DNA of 64,000 nt. Source: Phoronis australis. Its lineage: Eukaryota > Animalia > Phoronida. The stretch lies in NCBI GenBank assembly GCA_002633005.1, contig NMRA01000345.1, positions 382,494-446,493 of the forward strand. Direction: 5' to 3'. Positions 49,713 to 61,811 of the stretch are shown here, piece after piece. The position numbers and the translations under genes were made by a program. The notes beneath the pieces were generated by a model. The model was not told the DNA's origin, ran no database searches, and was given only the letters and a program-made list of their open reading frames with translations. Numbering within the stretch: position 1 is the first letter of the stretch; every line of letters starts with the position of its first letter.

Positions 49713-51021
49713 GTTTTTATTTTCGACGAAATTATCGTGTAGCGAGAAAAAAAGATTTAGCAGAAGCACCTTCAACCGCTTGCAAATTTGTGTATTATCC
49801 GAAGTCAAAGGCTATAGGGCTGTCACTCAGGGAAATCTCCCGCCCGTCGTAGAGCAGTTCCGTAGGAAAACTCAGTCCTCCATTCACTGATTCGCGATAA
49901 CATTGAATCAACGAGGTATACATATCAAAGAATGATGCCGTGGAAACGAAGACAAAACTGGGTGTTCATCCAGAGTGAGTTGTGTGTCTGCATGCAACTT
50001 GATACGACCGTAGAGAACGAATGCACCAATTCCGAATCGCCGCACTGCCTCAGTGGATTTGTGCTCATATACATAAGAAGTTATTAAGAAATCCTGACAA
50101 AAATTCATGAATTTGATTGGTAAATCGACATTTCGCTGTTTTTATTTCGTTTCCACGGAGCGCTTTAACCACCGATTCGATTTCTATTGTCCATTTTGTA
50201 CTTGGTTTCTTGGTATCGTCTCCCCGGCGTGTGGTGTGTATCAAAGTGAACTGTTGATCTACTTAACTGCTGATCACGCCTTTGACCGAGCTCGATTCAC
50301 AAAATTAAAGCGTTTTCAGTTTTTCCACTGGTTTCGAAAGGAGCGTGGTGGTGCACGCGAGTTTGAGATCCCCCATTGCCTGGGCTTTGGAAAGTAACGT
50401 AGTGGTAAATGATTGCAGCGGATGCGGAGCCCAGCTCCGCAATGAAATGTCATTGTGTGATGTCAGTACAAGAAGAATTTTGTATAATTTAACATATTCC
50501 AATCACCAGTTATTGCGTTAGGAAGCGGACACATCAGGAGAGGGTCTCAGACTATTCGTTAAACTTGAATTCTCCGGCTCCAGGCACTAACATGGAAAAA
50601 ATATAAAAAATTTTGAACCCGTTTAGACCTGATTAACTAGCACGAAATTTCCGTCACTATCTTTTATTGTATATTCTTGATCAACGTAAATCAGTTGGAT
50701 CAGCATTAGCCTACAGAGCTGACGATTTATTCACCCATTCCATGCAGACGACTACTGACATAACTAGACTGGTCTATGGTTCATTACACTACCAGCTATA
50801 ACATTAACACAATAAAATGAATAAAATGCATCGTTTATCCACCCATTTCATCAATGTTTACTGGCGCTTCGCCATTCTAGCTGGGGGTAATAGTAACGGG
50901 TACACCTAACTAATAGCGGAGTTGCAACGCCGCCATATTGGAAATGGGTCAGAATGTTGCATTGTGGTTAAGCCGGTAAACAAGTACGTCGGTAAGCGTG
51001 GGAGCGAACCGGCCACAGGGA

Positions 51022-51262
51022 GGTTTACGTGTTGTGTGCCTGGCATGCTATAATACCAGTTAGCGAGATAAAGAATTTAGTTACTACCTGTTTCCCAAGG
51101 ATCAAGAACTGCGTTAAACATGGGTCAGGGACATCGGTAAAGCTGGTACCAAAGGCCGACTTAGTGAATTCTTTCCGACTTCGTAGCATAAAGTATGCAG
51201 CGCTCATTTTGAGGGCGGCAAGAAAACGTATCTTGGAAACTGCCCAACAATATCTCCCTTCA
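51022..51262 (+). pseudogene. Decayed THAP zinc-finger domain of a DNA transposon remnant
   Basis: Correcting one frameshift gives TCCVPG.CYNTS*RDKEFSYYLFPKDQELR*TWVRDI..FFPTS*HKVCSAHFEGGKKTYLGNCPTI, the THAP C2CH signature with FP, W, CS.HF and PT motifs; three stops. Confidence 0.8.
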
Positions 51263-51515
51263 AAGAAACAGTAACAAATACTCCACGGCGGTTGGTAGTG
51301 AAAAAAAACTTGTTTTCGCTTGACCAGAACCAAGCCAACATGAGCAATTTTGAGGATAATGCCACATAAAGTTCTGGCTAGTATGTTCTACCGCGGTTAC
51401 CAACGAAATCGCGGGTTTCCAAACTCGTCACGACATAACACAGACTTGTGGCCGTGGTGTTTCTTGCTGATTATGACTGAAGTAAAATCTCCTTAACAGA
51501 GAATTCCAATGCAAA

Positions 51516-54500
51516 ACTAGAAAGATTATTGTCACGGCGTGACAATAATGGACTCTGCGCGTGTGTATGAAACGAATTGTTAACCAATTTGAAAAGGAAT
51601 TCTTTAAAATTGTAGGAAAAATAACATGTTAATATTTTGATAACCTTTCCACTAATTGACCTCTTTCGGTGCATTATGAGCCCGGATGAGGGAATAATTG
51701 TAAACTCGATTAAATGTGTGATTAATGCTAAGAATCACAGATGTTTTACTTTAAGCACTTTAGAATACAACATGAATGAATTGGTCAAACTTTCAGAAGA
51801 AAAATGCACGTAATGACCCCATGTGTGCACCAAATGACCTGATAATTTAGAATTCAAACTCAATCACATTTACTAAACAGATATTTAATTTTGAAGTCTC
51901 TAGCTCAAAATCTAAATTTGCACTCATTGACCATCAACTTTTCTGATTGGTTAGGCCTATTGCATAGTAAAGTAGGACGTTCGATTGGCATGGTGACTTA
52001 CATCAGTGTGCTGAACTTGAAAAGAATTCCTTGAAAAATGTAGGGGATATAACATTTTGAACGTTAGATGACCTTTGCATTAACTGACCCTATCCGGTGC
52101 ATTATAAGCGTCTTTAGGAGAATCATTGCAAACACCGTGAAAAGTGTGTTTAATGCTGAGAATCACAGTTGTCTAACGGTTGACACATCAGAATACTTGG
52201 TGAATGAAAAGGACAAATTTTCAGAAGAAAAATGCACCTAATGACCCCATGGTTGCACTAAATGACCTGAAACTTCGTATTTCAAATTGAATTAGACGTA
52301 CCAATCAGACTTGTGAATTTGAAATGTCTAGCTAAAAATTTTAGTTTGCACTCAATGACCTTTGACCTATTATCTCTGATGACCCTATTGCTTTAGTAAG
52401 GTAGGGTATTTCATTGGCATGTGGGTTTACACCAATGTGCTGGAATTGATGAGAATTCCTTGAAAAATGTAGAAGAAATAAAATTTTCAAAAGTAGATGA
52501 CCTTTGCACTAATTGACCCTATACAGTGCATTACAAGCCCTTTTAGTATATGCCTGATTATGAAACCTGAAGCTCAAAAATCACTTTTGCAATTAATGAC
52601 CTTTGACCCGGAAACTCGGTTCCTTTGATACGGTTGGAATTCCAAGTAAATTTGGGATGCAAATCTCTAGTGCCTTCTTGTTATCAAAATTCGAAGAGTC
52701 TATCTGAAAACCTGTAGAAGGAGAAGCAATTCGACGGAATGCACTCCTTGACCATTTTTGGGGCAATCCGGTGCATGTTGAGTCAAATCCATGGGATCAA
52801 TAGAATTTGATCGGCAATTGGTTGAACCACCGTGAATTTGAACGCTCTCACTAATGCATCAAGCTGATTGAAAGTCTTAAATTTAACAGAAAAGTGCACT
52901 TAATGACCCCAAAGTTGCACCCAGTGACCCCAAAGTTTGTGACTGAACTTCCTTTATGAATGGTAATCATATGCATGATTATGAAAGGTCTAGCTCAAAA
53001 ATCACTTTTTCACTTAATGACCTTTGACCCGGAAACTCGGCTCCCTTGGTCCGATTGGAAATCCGTGTAAATTTCTGATGCACTTCTTTAGTCCCTACTT
53101 GTTAACAAAAGTCTATCTAAAAAACTGTAGAAGAAGTATTTTGAAAAAATGCACTGATTGACCCGCTTCATGTCAACCTAGTGCATTTAGGATCGAAAAA
53201 ATATTATCAACATAAATCTTTTAACTATCTTATCAATCACAATGAATATTATTTTTCTAAATGAATGAATGTAAGAGTAATAACAATATGAAAAGGAAGG
53301 AAGAAGAAGAATAAGAATAATTAGAAAGATTATTGTCACGGCGTGACAATAACGGACTCTGCGCGTGCGTATTACTGGAATTATTATGAGAAGTTACTGA
53401 CAGCAACCCGTTTACCAATATGAAAGTGGAATTCTTTAAAATCGTAGGAGAAATTACATATTAATTTTTTGATGACCTTTCCACTAATTGACCTCTTCCG
53501 GTGCATTATGAGCCCCGATGAGGGAGTAATTGTTAACTCGATTAAAAGTGTGGTAATGCTAATAATCACAGATGTTTTACTTTAAGGACTTCAGAATCCA
53601 AGATGAATGAAGTGGTCAAACTTTCAGAAGAAAAATGCACCTAATGACCCCATGGGTGCACCAAATGACCTGAAAATTTAGAATTCAAACTCAATCGCAC
53701 TTAGTAAACAGATACGTAATTCTGAAGTCTCTAGCTCAAAATTTTAGTTTGCACTCAATGACCTTTGACCTATTTTTTCTGATTGGTTAGGCCTATTGCG
53801 AAGTAAAGTAGGGTATTCAATTGGCATGTTGACTTACACCAGTGTGCTGAAATTGAAAAGAATTCCTTGAAAAACGTAAGAGATATAACATTTTGAACGT
53901 TAAATGACATTTGCACTAATTGACCTTATCCTGTGCATTTTAAGCATCTTTAGAATTATTGCAAAGCCCATGTAAAATGTGTTTAACGCTGAGAATCACA
54001 GATGTCTAACGGTTGACACATCAGAATACTTGCTGATTGAAAAGGTCAAATTTTCAGAAAAAAATGCACCCCATGTTTCACTAAATGACCTGAAACTTTG
54101 GATTCCGATTTGGTTTACCTTTGGCAATCAGACCTGTCAATTTGAAGTGTCTATCTCAAAATTTTAGTTTGCACCTAGTGACCTTTGACCTATTTCACCT
54201 GATTGGATGACCCGATTACTTAGAAAAGTAATTTTTTAAATTGTCATGTTGACTTATACCTGCGCACCGAATTTGAAAAAGATAGCTTTAAAACTGGAGG
54301 AGTAGCATTTTGAAAATTATAAGACCTTTGCATCAAACGACCTCGTCCGGTGCAATATGGAATATGATTATATAATCAATCAAAATTTATATACTGTCAA
54401 AAGTCATATGCTGAATTTAAAGACCGTACCTGCATCCAATTTGGAGATATTAAGCCTCAAAGTTGGTCGGAAAAAGAATAAGAATATGAAGAATAAAATT

Positions 54501-55730
54501 GAAGAAAACCCAGGAACAACAGTACTCTGCGCTTACACGCGTAGAGTAACTAGAACGCAATTGCGTATGCGCAATTACAACTCTGCGCGTGGTGTACGCA
54601 CATGCAGAATGGAGTACAGGCGCATTACATGGCATAGAAGTTGCATCTTTTGTGTGAAAGAGATAGATGTCCCTGGTAACTATGAAAGAGCAAGAGTGAA
54701 AAGTTAGAATATCAAGAGAAAACTGCACTTAATGACCTCACAGTTGCACCTAATGACCCTGAAATTTGTGAATGGATTTCCTTTGCGAATGAAAATGATA
54801 TACATGATTATGTAAAGTCTAGCTCAAAAATCTCTTTTGCACTTACTGACCTTTCTCCCAGAAATTCGGTTCAGTTGATCAGATCGAAATTCCATGAAAG
54901 TTGTGGGTGGTCTTATATGGCACCAAGCTGTTCACGAAATTGTAAAGGCAATCTCAAAAGCCGCAGAAGAAGAAGAAGCACTTCAAAGAATTATACTGGT
55001 TGACCTTCTTGCGGTCCTATAGTGCATTTTGGGTCATTACACGTATTATCAATAGAATTTGATCGGCAATTGGTTGAACCACCATGAATTTGAACGCTCT
55101 TCCTAATGCATCATTTAAGTACAAGTTGATTAAAAAGTCTTAAATTTTACACAAAACTGCACTTAGTGACCCAAAAGTTGCACCTACTGACCCCAAAGTT
55201 TGTGACTAAACTTCCTTTATGAATGGTAATCATATGCATGATTATGAAACCTGAAGCTCAAAAATTACTTTTGCACTGAATGACCTTTGACCCGGAAACT
55301 CGGTTCCTTTGATCTGATTGGAATTCCAAGTAAATTTTGGATGCAGATCTCTAGTGCCTTCTTGCTATCAAAATTCGAAGAGTCTATCTAAAAACCTGTA
55401 CGGGAAGCAATTCGACGGAATGCACTCCTTGACCCTTTTTGGGGCAATCCGGTGCATTTTGAGTCAAATCCATGAGATCAATAGAATTTGATCGGCAATT
55501 GGTTGAACCACCATGAAGTTGAACGCTCTCACTAATGCATCAATTAAGTAAAAGCTGATTGAAGAAGTATTAAGTTTAACAGAAAAGTGCACTTAATGAC
55601 CCCAAAGTTGCACCTACTGACCCCAAAGTTTGTGACTAAACTTCCTTTATGAATGGTAATCATATACATGATTATGAAAGGTCTAGCTCAAAAATGACTT
55701 TTGCACTTAATGACCGTTGACCCGGAAACT
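51516..55730 (+). repeat. Three head-to-tail Helentron-associated-type elements built of ~400-bp tandem subunits rich in TGACC(T/C) motifs
   Basis: Modules start at ~51516, ~53321 and ~54550, each with a hairpin (ttattgtcacg-g-cgtgacaataa twice; aattgcg-tatg-cgcaatt). AAGAAT microsatellite tails at ~53300 and ~54475. Long internal near-duplicates, e.g. 52550-53040 vs 55230-55730. Confidence 0.85.
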
Positions 55731-56429
55731 TAGCATAGAACAATTACACCGAAAATTTTATAAAGTTTTTATACCTATAAATTACCTACATGGGAATATA
55801 CAAACATTAAACTTTTTCGTCTCTATAATTGTACAGAACCTATTTTTCAGTTGTTTAGCCTACAAACCGGAAAGACGATCAGCTGTCAAGGGGCACTCGC
55901 GCCATTGAACCACTCCATCTCAATCGTTTTTAGGCCGGTCTTGTAGGAGGGCTTATTTTTCTGTCAGCGTTGGTCGATCGTGTGTAGGTCTACATGGTAA
56001 ATAGATCCCAAGGCCTCAGGTAAATTTTATAACTATTCCCGACCTCAATCGCAGTTGAACTGAAATTTTGAACACACTGCTTGTTTGTCGAAAACGCAGG
56101 TCGCATCCATTTGCACTGGCCCAATTTCAAGAAAACTGATTCAATTTGGAATTTTCTACTTCAGGTTATGCCAACGAAAAACAATTTCATCGAAAGGTAG
56201 ACGTTTTTTACTGATAAAACTTACGTACTAGGAAGGTGAGGTGTCTTAAGAAGGTGTTACGTCAGTGATACACTACCTTTTATAATTATCTGGCAGTTCT
56301 TACCCAGGTACCAAACTTATTTCGTCATGGTATTCTAATTTTGAACATTTTGAAACTCCATGGTCTCAAAATTCAATGCATTGTATCATAGAACCTGTAG
56401 TCAAAAACAGTGACTGAAATGCATCTACA

Positions 56430-57551
56430 TTGGCAGGTCAGATCCCGAATTTTAAAAAAGTTTTCCCGTCAAAAGGTGATCATGATTTCACTGTTACCCA
56501 AGATGAGATGAAATCATTCATTGGCATACTCCTGGTATCTGGATACTCATCGACACCTAGGCGCAGAATGTATTGGTCTCTTGGCGATGATTTGCACAAC
56601 ACAGCAGTAGCCAACACTATGTCTCGCAACAGGTTCGAGACAATAATGCGTTACTTGCATTTAGTAGACAATAATCGCCTGGATGGCGCTGACAAAATGG
56701 GAAAGGTGAGACCTCTGATGGCGGCTATCAATGAGAAATGTCTCATCTATTTCAGCCGAGAGCAAAACCTGTCAATTGACGAGTCGATGATCCCCTACTA
56801 CGGGCGACACGGGGCCAAACAGTTTATTCGCGGCAAACCCATCAGATTCGGATTCAAAATCTGGGCGTTGACCACTGCTTTAGGATACGTGGTTCAGTTT
56901 GAACCATATCAAGGCAAACGAGGTCAGCAGACGGGTGACACCGAAGGGTTTGGTGTGGGGGGTGGAGTCGTGCTTGAACTGTTGGCTGAGCTACCAAAGA
57001 ACAGACCATACCACCTGTCCAATCTTCACGGAGTTGCCCCCTTACAAAGGGCAAAGAGATGGTCTCGCACAGAGAGCCAGCGCGTACGGAGTGACCAACC
57101 CTTTGTGATAAGTCACTACAATCAAACCATGGGTGGCGTCGACAGAATGGATCAAAACATAGATAAGTACAGGGTCTCGATGCGATCAAAGAAATGGTGG
57201 TGGCCGATTTTCGCCTATTGTCTAGATCTTTGTGTACAGCAAGCATAGCACCTCTACAGAGCAACCGAAAGTGGAAAGGAGCAGCACAAAGATCTCCTGG
57301 AGGTTCAGCGCGAAATTGCTACTGTGTTGCTTATGAAGGGGAAACGAGTCACTCAGTATGTTCCTAAATCCGTGCCTTGCTCAACGAAAGTATTGCCTGG
57401 TGTCAGATTTGACAGAGTGGACCACTTCATTAACACAAGAGACACCCAGAGGCGATGTGCAGTTTGTAAAATGAAGACAAAGCGTTTTTGTGTGAAATGC
57501 GATGTTAGCCTTCACGACAAATGCTTTATGGCATTTCATGTTGCACAATAA
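56430..57551 (+). pseudogene. Defective piggyBac transposase (PGBD3-like)
   Basis: FIGILLVSGY, MSRNRF, KVRPL, SIDESMIPYYGRHGAKQFIRGKPIRFGFKIW, YNQTMGGVDRMDQ, KKWWWPIF and a C-terminal CxxC..CxxC..H..C domain. In-frame TAG at 57246 where Trp is expected; the central DNFF catalytic segment and the N-terminus are missing. Confidence 0.92.
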
Positions 57552-57694
57552 AGATACTTGATACAACATTCTAATCAATTTTTGTCTTTTGTTTTACTTT
57601 CTACAATATCTTAGCATCTAAAAACAATCAATAACATACTACATCTTTCATTTTTACTGGTTTTAGTAGGCATTTCTGTTGGTGGTTTATAGAC

Positions 57695-57858
57695 CCCACA
57701 TGTGCCCAGCGTCCCTTTTGTGAGACGAAAATAAAAACGTCAAAAAACGTAAAATAAAAACTTCTTTCCATTTTTCCTTATTCATTATGTTCATTGTATG
57801 TCTAAAGGCACATAATATCTGAATATGCAGTGAAAATGCGTAGTTGGGCATAAATGGG
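57695..57858. mobile_element. piggyBac right end (internal repeat plus TIR)
   Basis: Terminal GTTGGGCATAAATGGG (57843-57858) and internal CCCACATGTGCCCAGCGTCC resemble the MER85/PGBD3-type end; the TTAA target site is not intact. Confidence 0.7.
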
Positions 57859-58342
57859 AATTACTTAGGTAGCTGCAATGGTAATTAAATTAAAGTGCCT
57901 AAGTGACCAGCGTCCCCGTCGTAATTTGAGGACGGTGGAAGCCACTGTCCATTTCATCAACCACTGATTACCTTAAGTGTAAATCGATTGACTATGGTAT
58001 GAGCATCTGATTTAAAAACTGAATTTCAATCACTGCACTGGTATATCAGCTGATTTATTTTCAGTTGCATCAACTAATCTAATTATTAGAAGATCAACAT
58101 TTTTAGGCGACTGATCAGACGGCATGTAAATTTGTTAGGCTGGTGGTGGATCACTTCCTGATAAGTCCGTCTGAAAAATTTGCATGGCAACTAACTCACA
58201 GTTAAATGTTAAATTAGTGTTAACTGTTGGGGTTTTTTTCAGTTGGACTTGAATCACAAGCAACAGCTCAGTCCAGGGCCCTGAATATGCAAATGAAATT
58301 CAAAGATAAAGACCTTGGGCCCGTTCCAAGAAACTGACTTAA

Positions 58343-59060
58343 AAGGGAACTGTAATTTATTCTGAATAAATTCTGGATAGTTTTCTATGAATTGTTGATT
58401 AAATTCACAAATAATTCAACACCAAAAATTAAACTTATATTCTCTAACGAAGCTTAAAAAATTACCGGCTTGGAGCGCTGCTTAGTCTCGTGACGTATTT
58501 GGCGGGGGCAAAGTCACTGTCCTGTGTTAGCGTGCAATCAAGTAGCGTTTTTCATATTGTCGGAATAAGAAATTTTAGTGTGAAATGTCGGGTCACCAGG
58601 GATACCTGTTTGAGCCGAGGCAACACAAAGTGATACCCAGTCATCGTCATCGTCAGACGAAAATTTGCTGGTGCAACTGGTGTGCAGTGACTGTGCCGAG
58701 GGCAATGTGGACTCTAGCCATCCAGTCAGCCAGCTATCAGCCAATACTCCGGCAGCTCTGTAAACTTGAAGGGTTGGTAAGTTACCTACTGTAGCTGTAT
58801 GAAGACTATCGTACCACTGTGTGTTGAGCTCCGTTAACCCCGAAATTTCAGACAGCCGTTGACTACCCGGGTATAGTTGACTCAGTTATGCTCGTCACCT
58901 CGTAGTAAAACTTAGGCTACATCAACATATAAAGCTAACGGACCGGCGGGGGCGCATGCAAAATCTGGTATAGTCACCCGACACTCCCATTGTTTGTTGC
59001 AGCCGTTTAAATAGAAAACAATCAAATAAACGTCATTTGGTAGCATAATTTGCCGCCTTT
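58343..59060. mobile_element. TTAA-flanked insertion nested in the Harbinger left end
   Basis: TTAA at 58339-58342 and 59061-59064; right half is homologous to 250-513; an N at 59065 adds uncertainty. Confidence 0.5.
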
Positions 59061-59109
59061 TTAANAGTCAACTCTCACCTTGTCTTAACTCGATCTTAAG
59101 TTTGTCAAA

Positions 59110-60387
59110 ATGGCCGTATTCCACATTCGTCAGCGAAGAAATGAAAACCTAGGCAGAGTTTATCGAGAGCGTCTTCAATACGACTCGTATGTTGACCGGT
59201 ACCGGATGAACAAGGATGCAGTTGACTTATTATGCTCTTTTTTAAAAGACGACCTCGAGCCAGAAACTCGCAGAGGATATTCACTTACAACTGAGCAGCA
59301 AGTCTCAGTTGCGTTGCGGTTCTACGCCACTGGAAGCTTTCAAACGGTCGTAGGTGATAGCCAAGGGGTGACTAAGTCGACCGTTTCAAGAACGATCACA
59401 AAAGTAACAAATGCCATCAACAATTCACCCGACTTGTCGCTCCCCAACTTGATCGACAACATCGATCTGTACCAGCGGCAATTCCATCAAGTCGCTGGCT
59501 TTCCCCGTGTTGTGGGATGCGTAGATGGGTCACTAGTAGCGATAAGAGCACCACAGCATGATGAGCAAACATTTGTTTGCAGAAAAGGCTTCCATGCCAT
59601 AAACGTTCAAGTGGTTGCAGACCCCTTTTTAAGGTAAGTATCCCAAGTTAATATCCTTGCTAGAACAACGGAGTCGTCTTAAATAACAGTGTAGGCTACT
59701 ACTCGACACTATATGAACCGTTCAGTCCACAGCGTAATTATAAACTTAAGCTGTTTGATTGACCTCACGCGCGACCAAGCAGTCTCTGTTATTGTCTTTG
59801 GATACAATGTATTACTGACTGCTGTCGCACGCGCTGTCACACCATGGTGTATTAAAGAGGTACTATGTGATATTTCTTGGATGAAAAATTTAAAGGTGCG
59901 CTATCCCAAATTCTTTAGTTGAGAAAATGTGGCCACTCTGAATTCGTTCATGTAGTTCCTCGTGATAACATGTAACATGCAAAGCCTGCTTTTCTGAAGC
60001 CCAAAAACTACCTACTAATTTAAAAAGGGGCATACGCCGCAAATACATAACTTGTATTTTGGCATGGAATGTGGGATGAATTGCACTTTAAATGAAAATG
60101 TCTCGAATGACATTGCATTTTCAATTTCAATTGTGAAAGTTGGTACTTCGATGCAAGACTTCACATTTTTAAAAATTTTGACACATTAGTGTGTGTAGTC
60201 CACTTAACAGACATCTTATTTACAACTGACAGTGGCAAATGTGTGTGTGATTTTTTGACATGAATTTTTCAGATTTACAGACATAGTGGCAAAATGGCCA
60301 GGCTGCACACATGATTCGTTCATGTGGGCAAATTGTGGCCTTGAAGAAAAATTCTCGAGAGGCATAATCAGAGATGCCTGGTTACTT
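59110..60387 (+). pseudogene. Harbinger (HARBI1-like) DDE transposase, exons 59110-59633 and 60273-~60387, 3'-truncated
   Basis: RYRM..ALRFYATGSFQ..STVSRTI..AGFPRVVGCVDGSLVAI..CRKGFHAINVQVV; spliced (phase 2, GT-AG) to FTDIVAKWPGCTHDSFMW..AWLL, breaking off just before the expected GDSGY motif. Confidence 0.9.
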
Positions 60388-60643
60388 TGTGCTCTTGATC
60401 TCTTCACTGGACCTATGAATCAAACAAAATGACTGATTATATTATTTTTCCCTCGCACCAATAAATATCTCTTTCCTGAACACAGCCAGGGCTAATTAGT
60501 TCATTACATCTGAATGGTAAAAGAACATAGAAATGTCACTATTGTCCCAGCAAACGATAAGAACAAATGTTGTTAAGATTGTTTTACTTACTTGCAGGAG
60601 CTGCAGCAATCAATCCCGGTAACGCAACAGTGTCAATGTTATC

Positions 60644-61702
60644 TTCACAGACTGAAATAACAAAATGTTAATAACGATTTAAGTAAATATAGTTAACACA
60701 CAGTTTGTTGGTCACAATAATTTTACTTTGAGAACTTTTGAAGTTTTTGAAATTTAAACATTAATTTTTATTTCAGCTTTTGTGGAGAACATTATTTGTA
60801 TGTACAAATATGTCCATTTAGAAAAGGAATTTCCACTGTGGAGCAGAAAGCCTTTATGTCTGAAAATTTAAAAAAAAATTCTTCATCCGGATTTAGAGAA
60901 AATTTGCATAAAAATAAAATCACCATGATATAAATATTTATTAATGTACAAGTAATGCAGACATTTCTCCAATAGATTTCATCCTAATGGCAGATATTCA
61001 ACTTTGAAGCAAGAGTAGTGGAACCCTGGGTGCAGAAAAATGTGAAACATTTTGGATAAAAAACGGAATCAGTGGAATTTGACATTTTAAAATGGCAACA
61101 TTTATACTGGGAGTCGTAGCATGTGCATACCCAGCCTAAAAATAGGGGGCTTGAATTTATTTTGTGTTCTTTNTTCACAGACTGAAATAACAAAATGTTA
61201 ATAACGATTTAAGTAAATATAGTTAACACACAGTTTGTTGGTCACAATATTTTTACTTTGAGAACTTTTGAAGTTTTTGAAATTTAAACATTAATTTTTA
61301 TTTCAGCTTTTGTGGAGAACATTATTTGTATGTACAAATATGTCCATTTAAAAAAGGAATTTCCACTGTGGAACAGAAAGCCTTTATGTCTGAAAATTTA
61401 AAAAAAAAATTCTTCATCCGGATTTAGAGAAAATTTGCATAAAAATAAAATCACCATGATATAAATATTTATTTATGTACAAGTAATGCAGACATTTCTC
61501 CAATAGATTTCATCCTAATGGCAGATATTCAACTTTGAAGCAAGAGTAGTGGAACCCTGGGTGCAGAAAAATGTGAAACATTTTGGATAAAAAAACGGAA
61601 TCAGTGGAATTTGACATTTTAAAATGGAAACATTTATACTGGGAGTCGTAGCATGTGCATACCCAGCCTAAAAATAGGGGGCTTGAATTTATTTTGTGTT
61701 CT
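60644..61702. repeat. ~530-bp near-perfect direct duplication joined at an N (probable assembly artefact)
   Basis: 60644-61172 and 61174-61702 differ by only a few substitutions and homopolymer lengths; N at 61173. Confidence 0.85.
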
Positions 61703-61811
61703 TCTCTATTTTTTCGGAGATTTTGTTTCTGTGAGGCAAACCTTTTTACTCACTTTGTCAAAGGGGGAGGGGTCATTAAAGCCACCGAGCACACCCCTTG
61801 GTGAGCGCATG
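61652..61811. mobile_element. MITE of the CATG-terminus, 5-bp-TSD family
   Basis: CATGTGCATACCCAG .. CTTGGTGAGCGCATG, flanked by CGTAG/TGTAG; left arm similar to 12023. Confidence 0.65.

Noticed and set aside
49908-50500. Possible DIRS tyrosine-recombinase remnant (FMNFC..IKLH)
   Set aside because: Similarity too weak, and no catalytic motifs seen.
56420-56440. ttggcag as a PGBD3-style exon-trap splice acceptor
   Set aside because: No polypyrimidine tract, and the element's 5' end appears to be missing.
60644-61702. Tandem duplication as a biological exon duplication
   Set aside because: The copies meet exactly at an N and are nearly identical, typical of overlapping contig ends or haplotypes.
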